From a virus, in IMG/VR virus record IMGVR_UViG_3300005542_000007, positions 64,001 through 128,000 of that record: a stretch of 64,000 bases of DNA, one strand, 5' to 3'. This document shows, piece after piece, positions 62,511-64,000 of this stretch. How positions within the stretch are numbered: position 1 is the first letter of the stretch; the number at the start of each line of letters is the position of its first letter. Below the pieces are notes generated by a model. The model saw only the letters and a list, made by a program, of their open reading frames with translations. It ran no database searches and was not told where the DNA came from. The position numbers and the translations under genes were made by a program.

Positions 62511-63842
62511 ATGTCTGAATCCAAACTAATTAAAGATGTAGTTGCAAAGATAAAAAAGATTTCTGAGGACTTGGGGTTGGAGCATCCCTCTCTTCTTCCA
62601 AAAGCACAGTTCCTTGAACTGTCCAAGTTGGGAGAATGGGAACTTCGCAAGATTGGCGGGTACAATTCAATTTTGAATACGTACTTCCCATACACAGAAA
62701 AGGAATTAGCTTCGATACAGCTTGTGGATGATCGCAAAGCTTATGTAAATAAGTTGGAAAAGAAATACGGATCGTGGGAACTTTTTAAAGAGAACCTTAC
62801 AGAATCTCTCACAAAAGAATTGAGTAAAATTAAAGTAGAGCCGTTAATCCTTGATAAGAAAGCTACGGAGAAGTATTTGCACGATCACATCGTCCCTTCA
62901 CCCAGTGGGGATAAGAATAAAAGAACTATTGTGAGTGTATGGAGCGACCAGCACTTTGGCACAAATGTGGATAAGGCAGAGCTTGGTGGGTTGAATGAGT
63001 TTAACTGGGTAATCGGAGCGAGACGTTTAGGAATGCTTTGTGAGCAGATTGCTTCTTATAAAGTAGAACGTCGCAATCTTCATGAGCAGCTTGTTATTAT
63101 GTTGGCGGGAGATAACATTGGTGGAATCATTCATAATCAGGAAGGACCGGATTACGATTTAATTACACACCAAGTAAACGGTACGTTGTGCTACTACGTT
63201 CAAGCTATTCAGTACCTTACAAATTACTTCCCTTCGGTTCGTGTTCTTTGCCAGCCTGGAAATCATGGACGTGTGATGCATAAGCGTTCTCAGGATAGGG
63301 CGTTGTCGCAGAAGTATGATAGTTTTGAGAATATTATGTTTTATTCCCTTTCGTCTGTGTTTGCTAAAGACCCAAAGGTAACTATCGAAACAAGTAAGGC
63401 TCCTTTCATCGATGCAACAATTCAGGGACACCGCATTTGGATGTCGCATGGAGATACAGTGTTTGCAGTGGGCAATGTCGGAAAAAATATTAAGTTGGAG
63501 AAGATTGAAGGACAGATTCATCGACGTAATGCAGAAGCATTGGCCAAAGGCGAAAAGCCATTTGAATTGTTTGTTTCTGGCCACGTTCATCATCCTGTTA
63601 TTACCCAAGTTGGTCCTGGAGTGAGAGTTGTTATCAATGGATGTTTGATTGGCACAGATTCATTTGCTCAGAGCGTTGGAATCTTTTCTTCTGTCCCTAC
63701 GCAGGTTATTTGGGAAACAACAAAGAAGCATGTGATGGGAGATAGTAGGCAAATCTTCGTAGCAGAGGCAGACCAAAATAAACATTTTGATACGATCATT
63801 AAACCTTTCAATTATCAGTTGTCAGCACCAAAAGCACTTTAA
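62511..63842 (+). CDS. Large metallophosphoesterase/nuclease
   Basis: SDQHFG, GD, PGNHGR, HGD, GHVHH motifs after an N-terminal helical region. Confidence 0.8.
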   Translation: MSESKLIKDVVAKIKKISEDLGLEHPSLLPKAQFLELSKLGEWELRKIGGYNSILNTYFPYTEKELASIQLVDDRKAYVNKLEKKYGSWELFKENLTESLTKELSKIKVEPLILDKKATEKYLHDHIVPSPSGDKNKRTIVSVWSDQHFGTNVDKAELGGLNEFNWVIGARRLGMLCEQIASYKVERRNLHEQLVIMLAGDNIGGIIHNQEGPDYDLITHQVNGTLCYYVQAIQYLTNYFPSVRVLCQPGNHGRVMHKRSQDRALSQKYDSFENIMFYSLSSVFAKDPKVTIETSKAPFIDATIQGHRIWMSHGDTVFAVGNVGKNIKLEKIEGQIHRRNAEALAKGEKPFELFVSGHVHHPVITQVGPGVRVVINGCLIGTDSFAQSVGIFSSVPTQVIWETTKKHVMGDSRQIFVAEADQNKHFDTIIKPFNYQLSAPKAL

Positions 63843-63851
63843 GGAGCTATC

Positions 63852-64000
63852 ATGGCAAGAACCCCACGACCACCAAATACAACTTCTAACAATTTGGATA
63901 TCCCCCTTCCCCCTAAATCCTCTGCTGATTTGACGGATGCAGATTGGAAGAGGGTTTTGAAGGAATCCAAATGGAATGGTAATTACAACACGTTCGTTTA
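63852..64000 (+). CDS. Partial ORF running off the window
   Basis: AAGGAG RBS then ATG GCA AGA... Confidence 0.5.
   Translation, partial: MARTPRPPNTTSNNLDIPLPPKSSADLTDADWKRVLKESKWNGNYNTFV

Noticed and set aside
1-64000. Stop-codon reassignment (alternative genetic code)
   Set aside because: Core genes are full length in code 11, and TAA, TGA and TAG all terminate recognisable proteins
1-64000. Minus-strand ORFs in the supplied track
   Set aside because: They overlap well-supported + strand genes, lack recognisable motifs, and look like antisense shadows

Overview
A 64-kb, single-orientation (+ strand), AT-rich segment of a large contractile-tailed (myovirus-like) phage genome, standard genetic code. 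1-35.9 kb is the neck/tail/baseplate module: neck proteins, tail terminator, sheath, tube, frameshifted chaperone, tape measure, hub, spike, gp25-like, baseplate J, wedge and fibres. It is heavily decorated with inserted accessory domains, including four DUF3494 ice-binding-like domains (one inside the tail sheath), Kelch propellers and FN3-like modules. 35.9-64 kb is an early/middle region with amidase, MetAP, SprT, ThyX, three canonical tRNAs, SF2 helicase, metallophosphoesterases, nucleotidyltransferase, secreted/outer-membrane proteins, ClpP, a Prs-like + Nampt-like pair (NARP1-like), a Mom-family DNA-modifying enzyme, a BT1 folate-biopterin transporter, DnaB-like helicase, C1A protease, HNH endonucleases, SSB-like protein and RecA. 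Three observations stand out. (1) A complete, CCA-ending tRNA-Gly(UCC)-like cloverleaf with non-proteinogenic hallmarks lies inside the mom coding sequence (52407-52481), a candidate dedicated glycyl donor for DNA adenine hypermodification. (2) Ice-binding-like domains are grafted into sheath and baseplate proteins. (3) A dispersed family of ten small Cys/His proteins shares a fixed-length 16-residue C-terminal tail (DNL...LV), and nine of them overlap the next start codon by ATGA. All family assignments come from motif recognition by eye, not from database searches.
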